Assembly (NCBI RefSeq): GCF_021246445.1
Contig: NZ_JAJQXW010000001.1
Span: 186,001-250,000 of the forward strand
Source of the DNA: Rhabdothermincola salaria
GTDB taxonomy: Bacteria; Actinomycetota; Acidimicrobiia; Acidimicrobiales; Acidimicrobilacustridaceae
DNA: 64,000 nt
Direction of reading: 5' to 3'
Part shown: piece after piece, positions 1-9,836 of the stretch
Layout of the letters: the number at the start of each line of letters is the position of its first letter
Position numbering within the stretch: the first letter of the stretch is position 1
Made by a program: the position numbers and the translations under genes
The notes under the pieces: model-generated
Told to the model about the DNA's origin: nothing
Seen by the model: only the letters and a program-made list of their open reading frames with translations
The model's database searches: none

Positions 1-2
1 GG

Positions 3-542
3 CGCCCGGTCGAGGAGGTAGGTGCTCACCTCGTGGCACGTGTCGAGCACCTCGCAGAGCTGCTCCTGGCCGAGGTAGATGCGGTCGAGGGCGACCTCGA
101 CCCGGGCGACGATCGTGAGGCTGCGTTCGGCGGCGTCGGTCACGCTGGCGAAGGAGTCGATGGCAGAGACCTCGAGGGGCAGGTCGGGTCCGCCGAGGCC
201 GGCGAGGTCGGTGGCCAGCACCAACAGGTCCGGACCTTGGGGGAGGGGCGGGAGCACCCACGTGAAGACGAGCGGGAAGTGGAAGCCCTCGATGGGTTCG
301 CTGGTCTCGGGGAGCTCGAGCATGCGGTCCTCGAACGCCAACATCACCCGTGGATCGACCTCGAGCGAGAGATGCAGGTCGAGGGGGCCACCGCAGGCCT
401 CCTCCGGGTGCAGGTCGACCTCCCACGCCTGACGCAGCGAGTAGGTCTCGACGAAGTGGCGTTCGTCGTGCACGTGGAAGGCGTGGTCCACGGCGTGGTC
501 CTTGAGGTCGGCCACGAAGCCGGGGACGTCGATGATGGCCAA
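3..542 (-). CDS. Hypothetical protein, 3' end truncated by the window edge
   Basis: Read manually on the minus strand: TTG start, (M)AIIDVPGFVADLKDHAVDHAFHVHDERHFVETYSLRQAWEVDLHP..., open to the edge, GC3-rich codons, GAGGAG upstream. Confidence 0.7.
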   Translation of the reverse strand, partial: MAIIDVPGFVADLKDHAVDHAFHVHDERHFVETYSLRQAWEVDLHPEEACGGPLDLHLSLEVDPRVMLAFEDRMLELPETSEPIEGFHFPLVFTWVLPPLPQGPDLLVLATDLAGLGGPDLPLEVSAIDSFASVTDAAERSLTIVARVEVALDRIYLGQEQLCEVLDTCHEVSTYLLDRA

Positions 543-632
543 GGCGCTGTTGGCTCCTCTGCTGGGTCGCGGGAGGGAGGGGAGGGGATCCAGCCTGCCA
601 CGGGCCCCTGCTCCACGGCTACCGTCGCCTGC

Positions 633-1379
633 GTGGACGACCAGTCGCTGCTCGAGGTCCTCGACGAGACCGCCGAGGCCATCCGCCTGGCCCTGGGCGA
701 TCTCGACGACTGGGGCCTGGCCGGCACCAGGGCGGGCCAGTACCACTCGGACCTCGCCGCCGACGCCGCCGCCCTCGAGGTGCTCGAGCAGGCCGGGGTC
801 GGCGTGCTGTCCGAGGAGTCCGGTCGGCACCGCCCCGATGCCTCGCTCACCGTCGTGCTCGACCCCCTCGACGGCTCCACCAACGCCAGTCGGGGCATCC
901 CCTGGTACGCCACCAGCCTCTGCGCCGTCGACGCCGACGGGCCCCGTGCCGCTCTCGTGGTCAACCTGGCCACGGGTGACCGCTTCCAGGCCCGCCGGGG
1001 TGGCGGTGCCACCCGCAACGGGGTGCCCATCGTGCCGAGCGGGGCCGAGGACCTGTCCCGCTCGGTGGTGCTGCTGTCGGGTTTCCCCGGCCGGTGGCTC
1101 GGGTGGAAGCAGTTCCGAGCGCTCGGCGCCTGTGCCCTCGACCTGTGCGCGGTGGCCATGGGCACCGCGGATGGCTACATCGACTGCAGCCACAACGCGC
1201 ACGGCTCGTGGGACTACCTCGGGGGCATGCTGGTCTGCCAGGAAGCCGGCGCCGTCGTGGTCGACGCGGACGGGCGCGATCTCGTCAGCCTGGACCACGC
1301 CGCCCGCCTCACGCCCCTGGCCGCGGCGAGCCCGGCGCTGTTGGATCAACTGGTCACGGCCCGGCGCTCCGTAGGCTGA
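633..1379 (+). CDS. Inositol monophosphatase / FBPase family protein
   Basis: SEES, DPLDGSTN and WDYLGG motifs; GTG start 7 nt after TACGT-like -10 element TACCGT. Confidence 0.9.
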   Translation: MDDQSLLEVLDETAEAIRLALGDLDDWGLAGTRAGQYHSDLAADAAALEVLEQAGVGVLSEESGRHRPDASLTVVLDPLDGSTNASRGIPWYATSLCAVDADGPRAALVVNLATGDRFQARRGGGATRNGVPIVPSGAEDLSRSVVLLSGFPGRWLGWKQFRALGACALDLCAVAMGTADGYIDCSHNAHGSWDYLGGMLVCQEAGAVVVDADGRDLVSLDHAARLTPLAAASPALLDQLVTARRSVG

Positions 1380-1383
1380 CGGC

Positions 1384-1917
1384 GTGTCCCCCACCCGCGC
1401 CCGACTCGAACGCCGGGTCCTCGGCGGCTATCGGCACCTGCCGGCGATCGTCCGCCGCTGGCTGGTACGGCGGGTGGCGCCCTCGTACACGGTGGGCGGG
1501 TTGTGCGTCATCGAGCGCGCCGACGGGCACGTGCTGCTCGTGCGCCACGCCTATCGGCCCCGCTGGGGGCTTCCCGGGGGTTTCCTGAAGCGGGGGGAGC
1601 ATCCCCTCGACGGTGCTCGGCGCGAGGTGCGCGAGGAGGTCGGCCTCGACGTGGATCTCGTCGGCGAACCCGCGGTCGTGGTCGCCCCCGAGTGGCGACG
1701 CGTGGACGTGGTGTTCCGTGCCCGTCCGGCCCCGGGTGCCGACCCCGATGCGGTTCGAGCCCACTCCTCGGAGATCGACGAGGCCCGATGGTTCGCCCGC
1801 GATGAGCTGCCCGAGCTCCAGGAAGAGGCCGCCGAGGCCCTGGTCGCCCTGGCTCGGGTGGCCAACCTGGGCCTGGCCGCGCCCCGTCCCGCCGACGAGC
1901 GCGGCGAGCGTCCGTGA
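1384..1917 (+). CDS. NUDIX hydrolase
   Basis: Nudix box GGFLKRGEHPLDGARREVREEVG. Confidence 0.9.
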   Translation: MSPTRARLERRVLGGYRHLPAIVRRWLVRRVAPSYTVGGLCVIERADGHVLLVRHAYRPRWGLPGGFLKRGEHPLDGARREVREEVGLDVDLVGEPAVVVAPEWRRVDVVFRARPAPGADPDAVRAHSSEIDEARWFARDELPELQEEAAEALVALARVANLGLAAPRPADERGERP

Positions 1918-1946
1918 CGCTCGCCGGGAGACGGGTTCGCCTCGAG

Positions 1947-2020
1947 TGGTCCGAGCCCGACTCGAACGGGCGACCTTTGCCTTGTAAGGGCACTGCTCTG
2001 ACCAACTGAGCTACCGGACC
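1947..2020 (-). tRNA. tRNA-Val (anticodon TAC), CCA not encoded
   Basis: GGTCCGG acceptor, D arm GCTC-AGTTGGTCA-GAGC, anticodon loop CTTACAA, T arm GCCCG-TTCGAGT-CGGGC. Confidence 0.95.
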
Positions 2021-2069
2021 GGGGAATCCAGTCTCGCACCTCGGGCGCTCCCGAACGCCACGGCCCTCA

Positions 2070-2705
2070 TCACCACAGTCCGAACTGGCGGTCCCCCGCG
2101 TCGCCGAGACCGGGCACGATGTAGGCCCTCTCGTCCAGGCAGTCGTCGACAGCGGCGGTGATCACCCGGATGGCCAGGCCGGTCTCCTCGAGCAGGGCGA
2201 GGCCCTCGGGTGCCGCGACCACGCACACGGCCACCACCGGTTCGGCGGCACCCCGGGCGAGCAGCATCCGACACGTGTAGGCGAGCGTCCCGCCGGTGGC
2301 CAGCATCGGATCGAGCACGATCACGCGCCGCTGGTCGAGTCGATCGGGGAGCTTGGCCAGGTAGGGGTGGGGCTCGAAGGTGGTCTCGTCGCGAGCGAGG
2401 CCCACGAAACCCACGTCGGCGTCGGGCACGAGATCGAGCGCGGGGCCCAGCAGCCCGGTCCCGGCGCGCAGGACCGGCACGAACACGGGCGCCGCGGCCA
2501 GGCGGACGCTCGGGGCGACGCCCAGGGGCGTGACGACTTCGGCGGGCTCCGTGGGCAGGTCGCGGGTGGCCTCGTGCAACAGGATGACGCCGAGCTGGTG
2601 GAGGGCCTGGCGGAAGGCGGCGTTCGACGTCTCGCCCGAGCGCAGCGTGGCCAGGTGAACCCCGGCCAGGGGGTGATCGATCACGGTGACGTCCACGGGG
2701 GACAT
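2070..2705 (-). CDS. upp: Uracil phosphoribosyltransferase
   Basis: DHPL, VPVLRAG, ARDETT, DPMLATGGT, YIVPGLGDAGDRQFG. Confidence 0.95.
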   Translation of the reverse strand: MSPVDVTVIDHPLAGVHLATLRSGETSNAAFRQALHQLGVILLHEATRDLPTEPAEVVTPLGVAPSVRLAAAPVFVPVLRAGTGLLGPALDLVPDADVGFVGLARDETTFEPHPYLAKLPDRLDQRRVIVLDPMLATGGTLAYTCRMLLARGAAEPVVAVCVVAAPEGLALLEETGLAIRVITAAVDDCLDERAYIVPGLGDAGDRQFGLW

Positions 2706-2775
2706 CGTGGCATCTGCCTGCCCAGCGACCGTGCGTGCCAACCTGCACCCAACGCTGGACGATCTGGAGGCAGTG

Positions 2776-3015
2776 ATGGCGCACGACGATGGCGACGAGC
2801 AGCTGATCGAGCGGGCGGTGCTCAACGACAGCGCGGAGGGGCAGGTCCTGGCGACCCGGCTGATCGAGCTCTTCGGGGCCTTCATGTCCGAAGAGGTGCG
2901 CCCCGTGCTGCGCCGGATCTCCGAGGAGGGCGGCGAACCCCAGCTGACGGTGAACGCGCTCGCCGAGCTGTTGCGTCAGATCGCGGATGCGACCGAGAAG
3001 CCTGTCGAGCGCTGA
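2776..3015 (+). CDS. Small hypothetical helical protein
   Basis: GGAGG SD before ATG; typical codon usage. Confidence 0.65.
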   Translation: MAHDDGDEQLIERAVLNDSAEGQVLATRLIELFGAFMSEEVRPVLRRISEEGGEPQLTVNALAELLRQIADATEKPVER

Positions 3016-3025
3016 TCGGGGCGGT

Positions 3026-4051
3026 TCACGAGGCCGTCCACAGCTGCCACGGGGTCTGGTCTCGCGGCCCGGCGAAGGGCAGCGCGACCGTGGCGCCGCC
3101 CTGGTTGGCCGACTGGTGGGCGGCCATCACGATGTCGAGCACCTGTCGTCCGAAGCGGGCTCCGAACACCGACGGACCGCCCCGCAGCGCCTCGGAGAGG
3201 ACGCCGAGCTGGGCGACGTAGCCCAGCCCCTCGAGGCGCGGATCGGCCCCTTCTGCGGTGGCCGCGGTGGGAACCGGGTCGCCGTTGTGCTCCAGCAGCA
3301 GGCCGGGCTGCAGCTCGGCGCGCACGACCCCCGTGTCGGCGGCCGCCTGCAGGTCCCAGACGGTCGTCGGGTGTCGCCAGCTGGCCTCCACGGTGATGGG
3401 CAGCGAGGACGCCAGGTGCACCTCCACCACCGCGTGGTCGTCGACGTCGATGCCCTCGCCGCGTTCGAGGCGGGCGTTCACGGCCACGGCGGGGTCCTCG
3501 CCGGCGATCAGGAGGGCGACGGCGAGCGGATGGACGCCCAGGTCGAAGAGCACGCCCCCGCCCCAGGACGGATCGAGGAAGCCGCCCCAGTCGGGCCGGG
3601 GCTGCAGGGCCCGGACGCTCAGGTGGTGGAGGGGGCCGAGGGTGCGAGCCAGCGCCGCGGCCTGCTGCACGACGGGGGCGAACACCAGGTTCTCGGCGTA
3701 GACGAAGGGTCGCCCGGTGCGCTCGGCCACCTCGACGACCCGATCGGCGTCGGCGAGGGTCGTGGCCAAGGGCTTCTCGACCAGCACACCCGCCCCCGCC
3801 TCCATGGCGGCGATGGCATCGTCGACGTGACAGGAGGGCGGCGTGGCCACGACCACGGCGTCGGCGCCTGCGGGCAAGTCCTGGTAGCGGCACGCTCGGG
3901 CGCCGACCTGGTCGGCCCGCTCTCGGGCCCGTTCCTCGGAACGGGAGGCCACGGCGACGATGTCGAAGCCGGCCAGCGAGGCGGACATGGCGTGGACCAC
4001 GCTGATCATCCCCGCGCCGGCCAAGGCGAGGGTGGGGCGACGGCGAGCCAT
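3026..4051 (-). CDS. Gfo/Idh/MocA family oxidoreductase
   Basis: GAGMIS, VVATPPSCH, VLVEKPLA, GGGVLFDLGVH. Confidence 0.9.
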   Translation of the reverse strand: MARRRPTLALAGAGMISVVHAMSASLAGFDIVAVASRSEERARERADQVGARACRYQDLPAGADAVVVATPPSCHVDDAIAAMEAGAGVLVEKPLATTLADADRVVEVAERTGRPFVYAENLVFAPVVQQAAALARTLGPLHHLSVRALQPRPDWGGFLDPSWGGGVLFDLGVHPLAVALLIAGEDPAVAVNARLERGEGIDVDDHAVVEVHLASSLPITVEASWRHPTTVWDLQAAADTGVVRAELQPGLLLEHNGDPVPTAATAEGADPRLEGLGYVAQLGVLSEALRGGPSVFGARFGRQVLDIVMAAHQSANQGGATVALPFAGPRDQTPWQLWTAS

Positions 4052-4127
4052 GGCCTCACCCTACGGTCCCACCCGGCACACCCCAGGCGACGACTGGTCC
4101 CGCGGACCCCCGGGTAGGCTCGGATCG

Positions 4128-6389
4128 GTGAAGAAGCTGATCGTCTTCGTCGTCACCGTCTTCGCGGCGGGTGGGCTCCTGGCGGGAGCCGTGGTGGCCG
4201 TCGGGCCCCAGCTGGCGATGGTGGCGTCGGCGGGATCGGGTGAGCCCGAGCCGATCGATCTGAACGCCTTCGGCGACTACGCCGTGCGCAGCCAGGTCTT
4301 CGCCATGGACGGCACCCCCATCGCCACCCTGCACGGCGAGGAGAACCGGTCACCGGTTCCGCTCGATCGGGTGCCCGAGCCGGTGCTCGAGTCCATCCTG
4401 GCGGTCGAGGACGCCGAGTTCTTCGAGCACAACGGCATCAACGTGCGCTCCATCGCCCGAGCCCTGGTGGAGAACGTCTCGGCCGGCGGGGTCGCCCAGG
4501 GTGGGTCCACGATCACCCAGCAGCTGGTGAAGAACGCGCTGCTCAGCGACGAGCGCACCTTCGAGCGCAAGATCGAAGAGGCCGTCCTCGCCCTGCGCCT
4601 CGAGGAGCAGATGTCGAAGGACGAGATCCTCGAGACCTACCTCAACACCGTGTACTTCGGGTCGGGCGCCTACGGCGTGCAGGCGGCGGCCGAGACCTAC
4701 TGGGGCAAGAACGTCGAGGACCTGGGCTGGGCCGAAGGGGCCATGCTGGCCGCGCTGATCTCCAACCCGTCGGCGTACGACCCGACGGTGGCGCCCGAGC
4801 GGGCCCGGCAGCAACGTCAGATCGCGCTCGAGCGGCTCGTCTCGCTCGACGTGATCACCCGCGACGAGGCCACCCTGCTGGGGCTGGTGCCCCTGCCCAC
4901 CGCCCGGTGCACCGGCGGGGTGGGCGAGCGCCCCGAGTGGTGCGGTGAGGTCGACACACCACCGGCCGACAACTACTTCGTCGAGTACGTGAAGAACCAG
5001 CTCCTCGACGATCCGAAGTTCTCCGGGGCACTGGGGGACACCGACGAAGAGCGCTTCGCCGCCGTGTTCGGTGGTGGCCTGCGGGTGCACACCACCGTCG
5101 ACATCGTGGCCCAGTTCGCCGCCCAGGTGGCCCACGCCGAGGAGACCCCGCCGAACGACGTCGGTGTCACCTCGGCCTTCGTGGCCCTCGAGCCGGCCAC
5201 CGGTGCGGTGCGGGCCCTGGTGGGGGGCCCTCCCTTCGGTGAAGAGATCGGCGAGAACAAGTACGACATCGCCACCACCACCCCGGGCCGCCAGACCGGC
5301 TCCACCTTCAAGACCTTCGTCCTGCTCGAAGCCCTCGAGCAGGGCGCCCTGCCCTTCGACACGGTCAGAGGCACGGTGTCGATGGTCGATCCGGGCACCT
5401 TCGAGGACTACGAGGTCGAGGGCCGGGGCGGCACGCTGAACTCCATCACCTCGGCCTCCTCCAACGGCGCCTTCGTCCGGCTCAACCAGGTGCTCGGTCC
5501 CCAGAACGTGGTCAACCTGGCCACCCGGATGGGCCTCGACAACCTTCCGTCCAACGCCGCCGGCATCCCCTCGCTCCCCCTCGGCGTCTCCGACCAGACC
5601 CCGTTGCAGATGGCCAGCGCCTACAGCGCCATCCCCAACGGCGGCGTCCAGAACCCGCCGTACTTCATCGAGCGCATCGAGGACAGGTCCGGCAACGTGC
5701 TGTGGGAGCACGAGGGCGTGAGCCGTCGCGTCCTCAGCCCCCGCACCGCCTGCCTGGCCAGCGAGATCCTGGCCGCCAACGTCACCGGGGGCACGGGTCG
5801 CAACGCGGCGCTGCCCGGTCAGCCCGCGGCCGGCAAGACCGGCACCACCACGGGCCCGAGCGACGTGTGGTTCATCGGCTTCACCCCGTACCTCTCCACC
5901 GCGGTGTGGGTGGGGCACCCCGAGCAGGGCGCGGCCCGGGTCGACGGGGAGGGCGAACCCATCTCGGGCTCGACCTACCTGTCGCAGCTCCCCGGCCGGC
6001 AGGCCTGGGGTAGCACCTTCCCGGCCGCCATCTGGCAGCGCTTCAACGAGCTCTACCACAACGACAAGGAGGAGCGCGGCTTCCCGGGCTGCGAGCCTCC
6101 GAGCCGCAGCGGCCGTCCGCTGCAGGGCAAGAACGACCCGTACGGCTCGCTCAACGGCGGGTACGACCCCACCGGCGTCGGGGTCGTCGCCGGCCCGCTG
6201 AAGGGGTACGACGGGCCAGTCCGACCGCCCTCACCTCCCCGCCGAGCCGAGTCGCAGGAGGCCCCCGACGGCGGTGGCGACGACCCGCCCGCCGAGGACG
6301 GCGGCGCCCCGGCGCCACCCGCGCCCGCCCCGCCGCCTGCGCCGCAGACCCCTGTCCCCACGCCGCCGCCGGCACCGGCCCCCGGGTGA
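4128..6389 (+). CDS. Class A penicillin-binding protein (transglycosylase/transpeptidase)
   Basis: EDAEFFEHNG, GGSTITQQLVKN, RKIEE, GSTFK, SSN, KTGT; N-terminal TM helix, Pro-rich tail. Confidence 0.95.
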   Translation: MKKLIVFVVTVFAAGGLLAGAVVAVGPQLAMVASAGSGEPEPIDLNAFGDYAVRSQVFAMDGTPIATLHGEENRSPVPLDRVPEPVLESILAVEDAEFFEHNGINVRSIARALVENVSAGGVAQGGSTITQQLVKNALLSDERTFERKIEEAVLALRLEEQMSKDEILETYLNTVYFGSGAYGVQAAAETYWGKNVEDLGWAEGAMLAALISNPSAYDPTVAPERARQQRQIALERLVSLDVITRDEATLLGLVPLPTARCTGGVGERPEWCGEVDTPPADNYFVEYVKNQLLDDPKFSGALGDTDEERFAAVFGGGLRVHTTVDIVAQFAAQVAHAEETPPNDVGVTSAFVALEPATGAVRALVGGPPFGEEIGENKYDIATTTPGRQTGSTFKTFVLLEALEQGALPFDTVRGTVSMVDPGTFEDYEVEGRGGTLNSITSASSNGAFVRLNQVLGPQNVVNLATRMGLDNLPSNAAGIPSLPLGVSDQTPLQMASAYSAIPNGGVQNPPYFIERIEDRSGNVLWEHEGVSRRVLSPRTACLASEILAANVTGGTGRNAALPGQPAAGKTGTTTGPSDVWFIGFTPYLSTAVWVGHPEQGAARVDGEGEPISGSTYLSQLPGRQAWGSTFPAAIWQRFNELYHNDKEERGFPGCEPPSRSGRPLQGKNDPYGSLNGGYDPTGVGVVAGPLKGYDGPVRPPSPPRRAESQEAPDGGGDDPPAEDGGAPAPPAPAPPPAPQTPVPTPPPAPAPG

Positions 6390-6458
6390 GCGCCTCGCGG
6401 GCCATGGATGGCGCGCCGGGAGTCGCCTCGGCCGGGCGCTCTGGGTGAAGCTGTCGCC

Positions 6459-7172
6459 ATGACCTCTCTGACCGCGCTGCTCGACCTGCAGGGCTGCGAC
6501 ACCGGCATCGATCAGCTCCGCCATCGCCAGCGGACCCTGCCGGAGCGAGCCACGCTCGAACACCTGGGCATCGAGCGCCGCTCCGTGATCGAGGGCGTCG
6601 TCGACACGCGGGCCCAGCGCGACGAGCTCGGCCGGGAGCAGAAGCGGCTCGAGGACGAGGTCGCCGGTGTCGAGGACAAGGTCGCCACGGTCGACCGTCA
6701 GCTCTACGGCGGCGGGGTCACCTCCCCCAAGGAAGCACAGGCCCTCCAGGCCGAGATGGAGTCGCTCAAGCGGCGTCAGGGCGAGCTCGAGGACCAGGTG
6801 CTCGAGCTCATGGAGGCCATCGAGCCGCTCGACGAGGAGCTGGCGCGCAACGATGTCGCCGTGGCCGCTCTCGATGTCGACATCGCCGCCGCCGAGGCCG
6901 CGCTGGCCGAGGCCGAGGCCTCGATCAGCGCCGAACTGGACGACGCCGTCACCCGGCGAGCCGAGCTGACCTCCGGTGTGCCCGCCGACCTCCTCACCAC
7001 CTACGAGGAGCTGCGGCCCCAGTTCGACGGCGTTGCGGTGGCTCGCCTGCAAGGGCCCACCTGCCAGGGCTGCCACCTCTCCCTCTCGGCCACGGAGGTC
7101 GATCGGCTCCGCCACGAGCCGCCCGATGCCATCGTGCGCTGCCCGGAGTGCCAGCGGATCCTGGTGCGATGA
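6459..7172 (+). CDS. Coiled-coil protein with C4 zinc ribbon (DUF164 / Rv2229c-like)
   Basis: Long coiled coil then CQGCH...CPECQRIL. Confidence 0.9.
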   Translation: MTSLTALLDLQGCDTGIDQLRHRQRTLPERATLEHLGIERRSVIEGVVDTRAQRDELGREQKRLEDEVAGVEDKVATVDRQLYGGGVTSPKEAQALQAEMESLKRRQGELEDQVLELMEAIEPLDEELARNDVAVAALDVDIAAAEAALAEAEASISAELDDAVTRRAELTSGVPADLLTTYEELRPQFDGVAVARLQGPTCQGCHLSLSATEVDRLRHEPPDAIVRCPECQRILVR

Positions 7173-7666
7173 TCCTCTGGTTCGCCGGGGTCAGCTTCGT
7201 CTTCGTCTGGTGGGTCTTCAAGAGCCCGGCGCTCGACTACCGCCTCGTCATGCTCGGATCCGTCCTGCCCGTCGGCGAGGTGGTGCTCGGCGGCCCCCGA
7301 CTCCTGCACACCTTGCTCGCCGCGGTGGCGTTGCTGGCCATCGTCATGTTGGCCACCCAGAAGCGGCGCCTCGTCCGGCGTCGGTGGATCGGGCTGCCGA
7401 TCGGTCTGTTGATGCACATCGCCCTCGACGGCATCTGGGCCCGGGCCGAGGTCTTCTGGTGGCCCTTCCTCGGTACCTCGTTCGGCGACGGAGGCCTGCC
7501 CGAGCTCGACCGTCCGGTGGCCGTCATCGTCCTGCTCGAGCTCGTGGGCGTGGCCTGCCTGGCGTGGGCGTGGCGCTCCTTCGGCTTCGACCAGCGCGCC
7601 ACCCGGGACCTCTTCTGGCGCACCGGGCACCTCGACCGGGTGGTCGAGCGACCCCCGACGTGCTGA
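7169..7666 (+). CDS. Membrane-bound metal-dependent hydrolase-like protein
   Basis: Hydrophobic; GSVLP, HTLL, HIALD, WWPF motifs; ATGA overlap with upstream gene. Confidence 0.7.
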   Translation: MILWFAGVSFVFVWWVFKSPALDYRLVMLGSVLPVGEVVLGGPRLLHTLLAAVALLAIVMLATQKRRLVRRRWIGLPIGLLMHIALDGIWARAEVFWWPFLGTSFGDGGLPELDRPVAVIVLLELVGVACLAWAWRSFGFDQRATRDLFWRTGHLDRVVERPPTC

Positions 7667-7700
7667 GGCAGAGGCGTCGCCGCCACCGGAGAGGACCTCG

Positions 7701-8282
7701 ATGATCGTCGTCGTGCGCCACGGCCGCACCGCCCACAACGCATCGGGCCGCCTGCTCGGCCGCCTCGATCCGCCGCTCGACGCCACCGGCGAGCGCCAGG
7801 CCGCCGCGCTGGCCGAGGCCGTGGGGCCGGTGGACCGGGTGGTGTCCAGCCCCCTGCTGCGCACCCGTCAGACGGCAGAGGCGTTCGGTCTGCCGGTCGA
7901 GGTCGACGAGCGCTGGATCGAGCTCGACTACGGGTCGCTCGACGGCACCCCCCTCGCCGAGGTCCCCTCCGAGCTGTGGCAGCGCTGGCGCCGAGACGCG
8001 GAGTTCGCCCCGCCGGGAGGGGAGAGCCTCGCCGCACTCGGGGTGCGGGTGCGGGCCGCGCTCGACGACCTCGCCGAGGCCAGCGGTCCCGGGACGGGGA
8101 CCACCGTGGTCGTCACCCACGTGTCGCCGGTGAAGGCCGCCGTCACCTGGGCCCTCGGAACGGACGACCTCACGACCTGGAAGCTGTGGGTGGCGCCGGC
8201 CTCGATCACCCGCCTCCAGGTCACCGACCGGGGGGCCGTGCTGCACACCTTCAACGAGATCGCCCATCTCGCCCGCCACTGA
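7701..8282 (+). CDS. Histidine phosphatase family protein
   Basis: RHGRT, SSPLLRTRQTA, ELDYG, VVTH. Confidence 0.9.
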   Translation: MIVVVRHGRTAHNASGRLLGRLDPPLDATGERQAAALAEAVGPVDRVVSSPLLRTRQTAEAFGLPVEVDERWIELDYGSLDGTPLAEVPSELWQRWRRDAEFAPPGGESLAALGVRVRAALDDLAEASGPGTGTTVVVTHVSPVKAAVTWALGTDDLTTWKLWVAPASITRLQVTDRGAVLHTFNEIAHLARH

Positions 8283-8345
8283 CGAGGCCGTCAGCGGTAC
8301 GGTGGGCACCTGAACGCCGTCGAGCAGATGCGCGAGGGGGAAGGC

Positions 8346-9578
8346 ATGACGACCACCGACAAGGCTCCCGTTGCCGATTGGGCCACCGACTTCGACCACA
8401 CCCACCCGGAGTACGCCGCCCACGCCCCCGAGATCTGGGACGACCTGCGCGAGCGCTGTCCGGTGGCGCACTCCGATCGCTTCGGCGGCATCTGGCTGCC
8501 CACCCGCCACGCCGACGTGGAGGCCGTCGCCCGCGACACCGACCACTACAGCTCCGAGGGGGTGATCGCCAGCCCCTTCAAGCCCGAAGGCATCGCGCCG
8601 AGGGGCTACGCGCCGCCCATCACCTCCGATCCACCGTTCCACGCCGAGGCGCGCCGGTTACTGCTGCCCGCCTTCGCACCCAAGGCCATCGCCCGCTGGG
8701 AGGGGGCCACCCGCGAGGCCTGCCGTGAGCTCGTCGACGACGTACTGGCCGGCGACGCCCGAGTGGTCGACGCGGCGGCGGACTACGCCCAGCACATCCC
8801 CGTGCGGGTGATCGCCGAGATGCTCGGCGTCCCCCGCGAGGACGGCGACCGCTTCCGGGTGTTCATCCACCGCATCATGGAGACCCCGGGCGAAGGGCTC
8901 GAGGGTCTCAGCTACGAGGACACGCTCGACTACTACCTCAACCAGATCATCGAGTCGCGCCGCGCCGCGCCGCCGCAGGACGACCTCATCGGCTACCTGC
9001 TCGAGGCCGAGATGGAGGGCCAGCGCCTCGACAACGAGCACATCCGGGGCACCATCGCCCTGCTCATCATCGCCGGCATCGACACCACCTGGTCGGCCAT
9101 CGGCGCCAGCCTCTGGCACCTGGCCCAGCACCCCGAGCACCGTGCTCGCCTCCGGGCCGAGCCCGAGCTCGTCCCCTTCGCAGTCGAGGAGCTCCTGCGG
9201 TTCTACGCCCCGGTCACCATGGCCCGCATCGCCGCCTCGGAGGTCGACCTGGGCGACGAGCACGTGCGCGCCCGCGACTGGGTCCTGTTGCCCTTTCCGG
9301 CTGCCAACCGCGACCCCGAGGTGTTCGAGGACGCCGACCGGTTCGTGATCGATCGTCAGCGCAACCGCCACGTGGCCTTCGGGGTCGGCATCCACCGCTG
9401 CCTCGGGTCCAACCTGGCCCGCATGGAGCTGACCGTGGCCCTCGAGGAGTGGCTGGCCCGCATCCCCGAGTTCGAGCTCGCCGATCCCGACCCGACCGCG
9501 GTCACCTGGTCCACCGGTCAGGTGCGTGGGCCCCGCCAGCTCCCGATCCGGATCCTCGACCACGGAGACCCCGTCTGA
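8346..9578 (+). CDS. Cytochrome P450
   Basis: AGIDTT I-helix, EELLR, FGVGIHRCLG heme motif. Confidence 0.95.
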   Translation: MTTTDKAPVADWATDFDHTHPEYAAHAPEIWDDLRERCPVAHSDRFGGIWLPTRHADVEAVARDTDHYSSEGVIASPFKPEGIAPRGYAPPITSDPPFHAEARRLLLPAFAPKAIARWEGATREACRELVDDVLAGDARVVDAAADYAQHIPVRVIAEMLGVPREDGDRFRVFIHRIMETPGEGLEGLSYEDTLDYYLNQIIESRRAAPPQDDLIGYLLEAEMEGQRLDNEHIRGTIALLIIAGIDTTWSAIGASLWHLAQHPEHRARLRAEPELVPFAVEELLRFYAPVTMARIAASEVDLGDEHVRARDWVLLPFPAANRDPEVFEDADRFVIDRQRNRHVAFGVGIHRCLGSNLARMELTVALEEWLARIPEFELADPDPTAVTWSTGQVRGPRQLPIRILDHGDPV

Positions 9579-9772
9579 TGCGCATCGTCTACGACCGCGA
9601 CGCCTGCCAGGGCCACGGCCGCTGCTACTCGTTGGCCCCGGCGCTGTTCGACTCCGACGACGAGGGCTACGCGGTCGTGCTCGTCGACGGGGACGTGCCG
9701 GTCGAGCACGAGCAGGCGGCGCGCCTGGCGGCCGACAACTGCCCCGAGTTCGCCATCGGCATCGTGGAGTAG
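9578..9772 (+). CDS. Ferredoxin (P450 partner, 3Fe-4S type)
   Basis: CQGHGRC...CPEFAI; TGATG overlap with P450. Confidence 0.92.
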   Translation: MRIVYDRDACQGHGRCYSLAPALFDSDDEGYAVVLVDGDVPVEHEQAARLAADNCPEFAIGIVE

Positions 9773-9836
9773 CGGCCGCGTCGCCGGCCGCCCACCCTCT
9801 CGAGCACGACGCCGCCCCGGGCGGGCTCCACCGAGG

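Noticed and set aside
33..632. N-terminal extension fused to the IMPase
   Set aside because: It is the antisense of the real minus-strand gene; the IMPase starts at 633
1947..2070. tRNA-anchored integrative element
   Set aside because: No integrase, and no duplicated tRNA 3' end seen in the window
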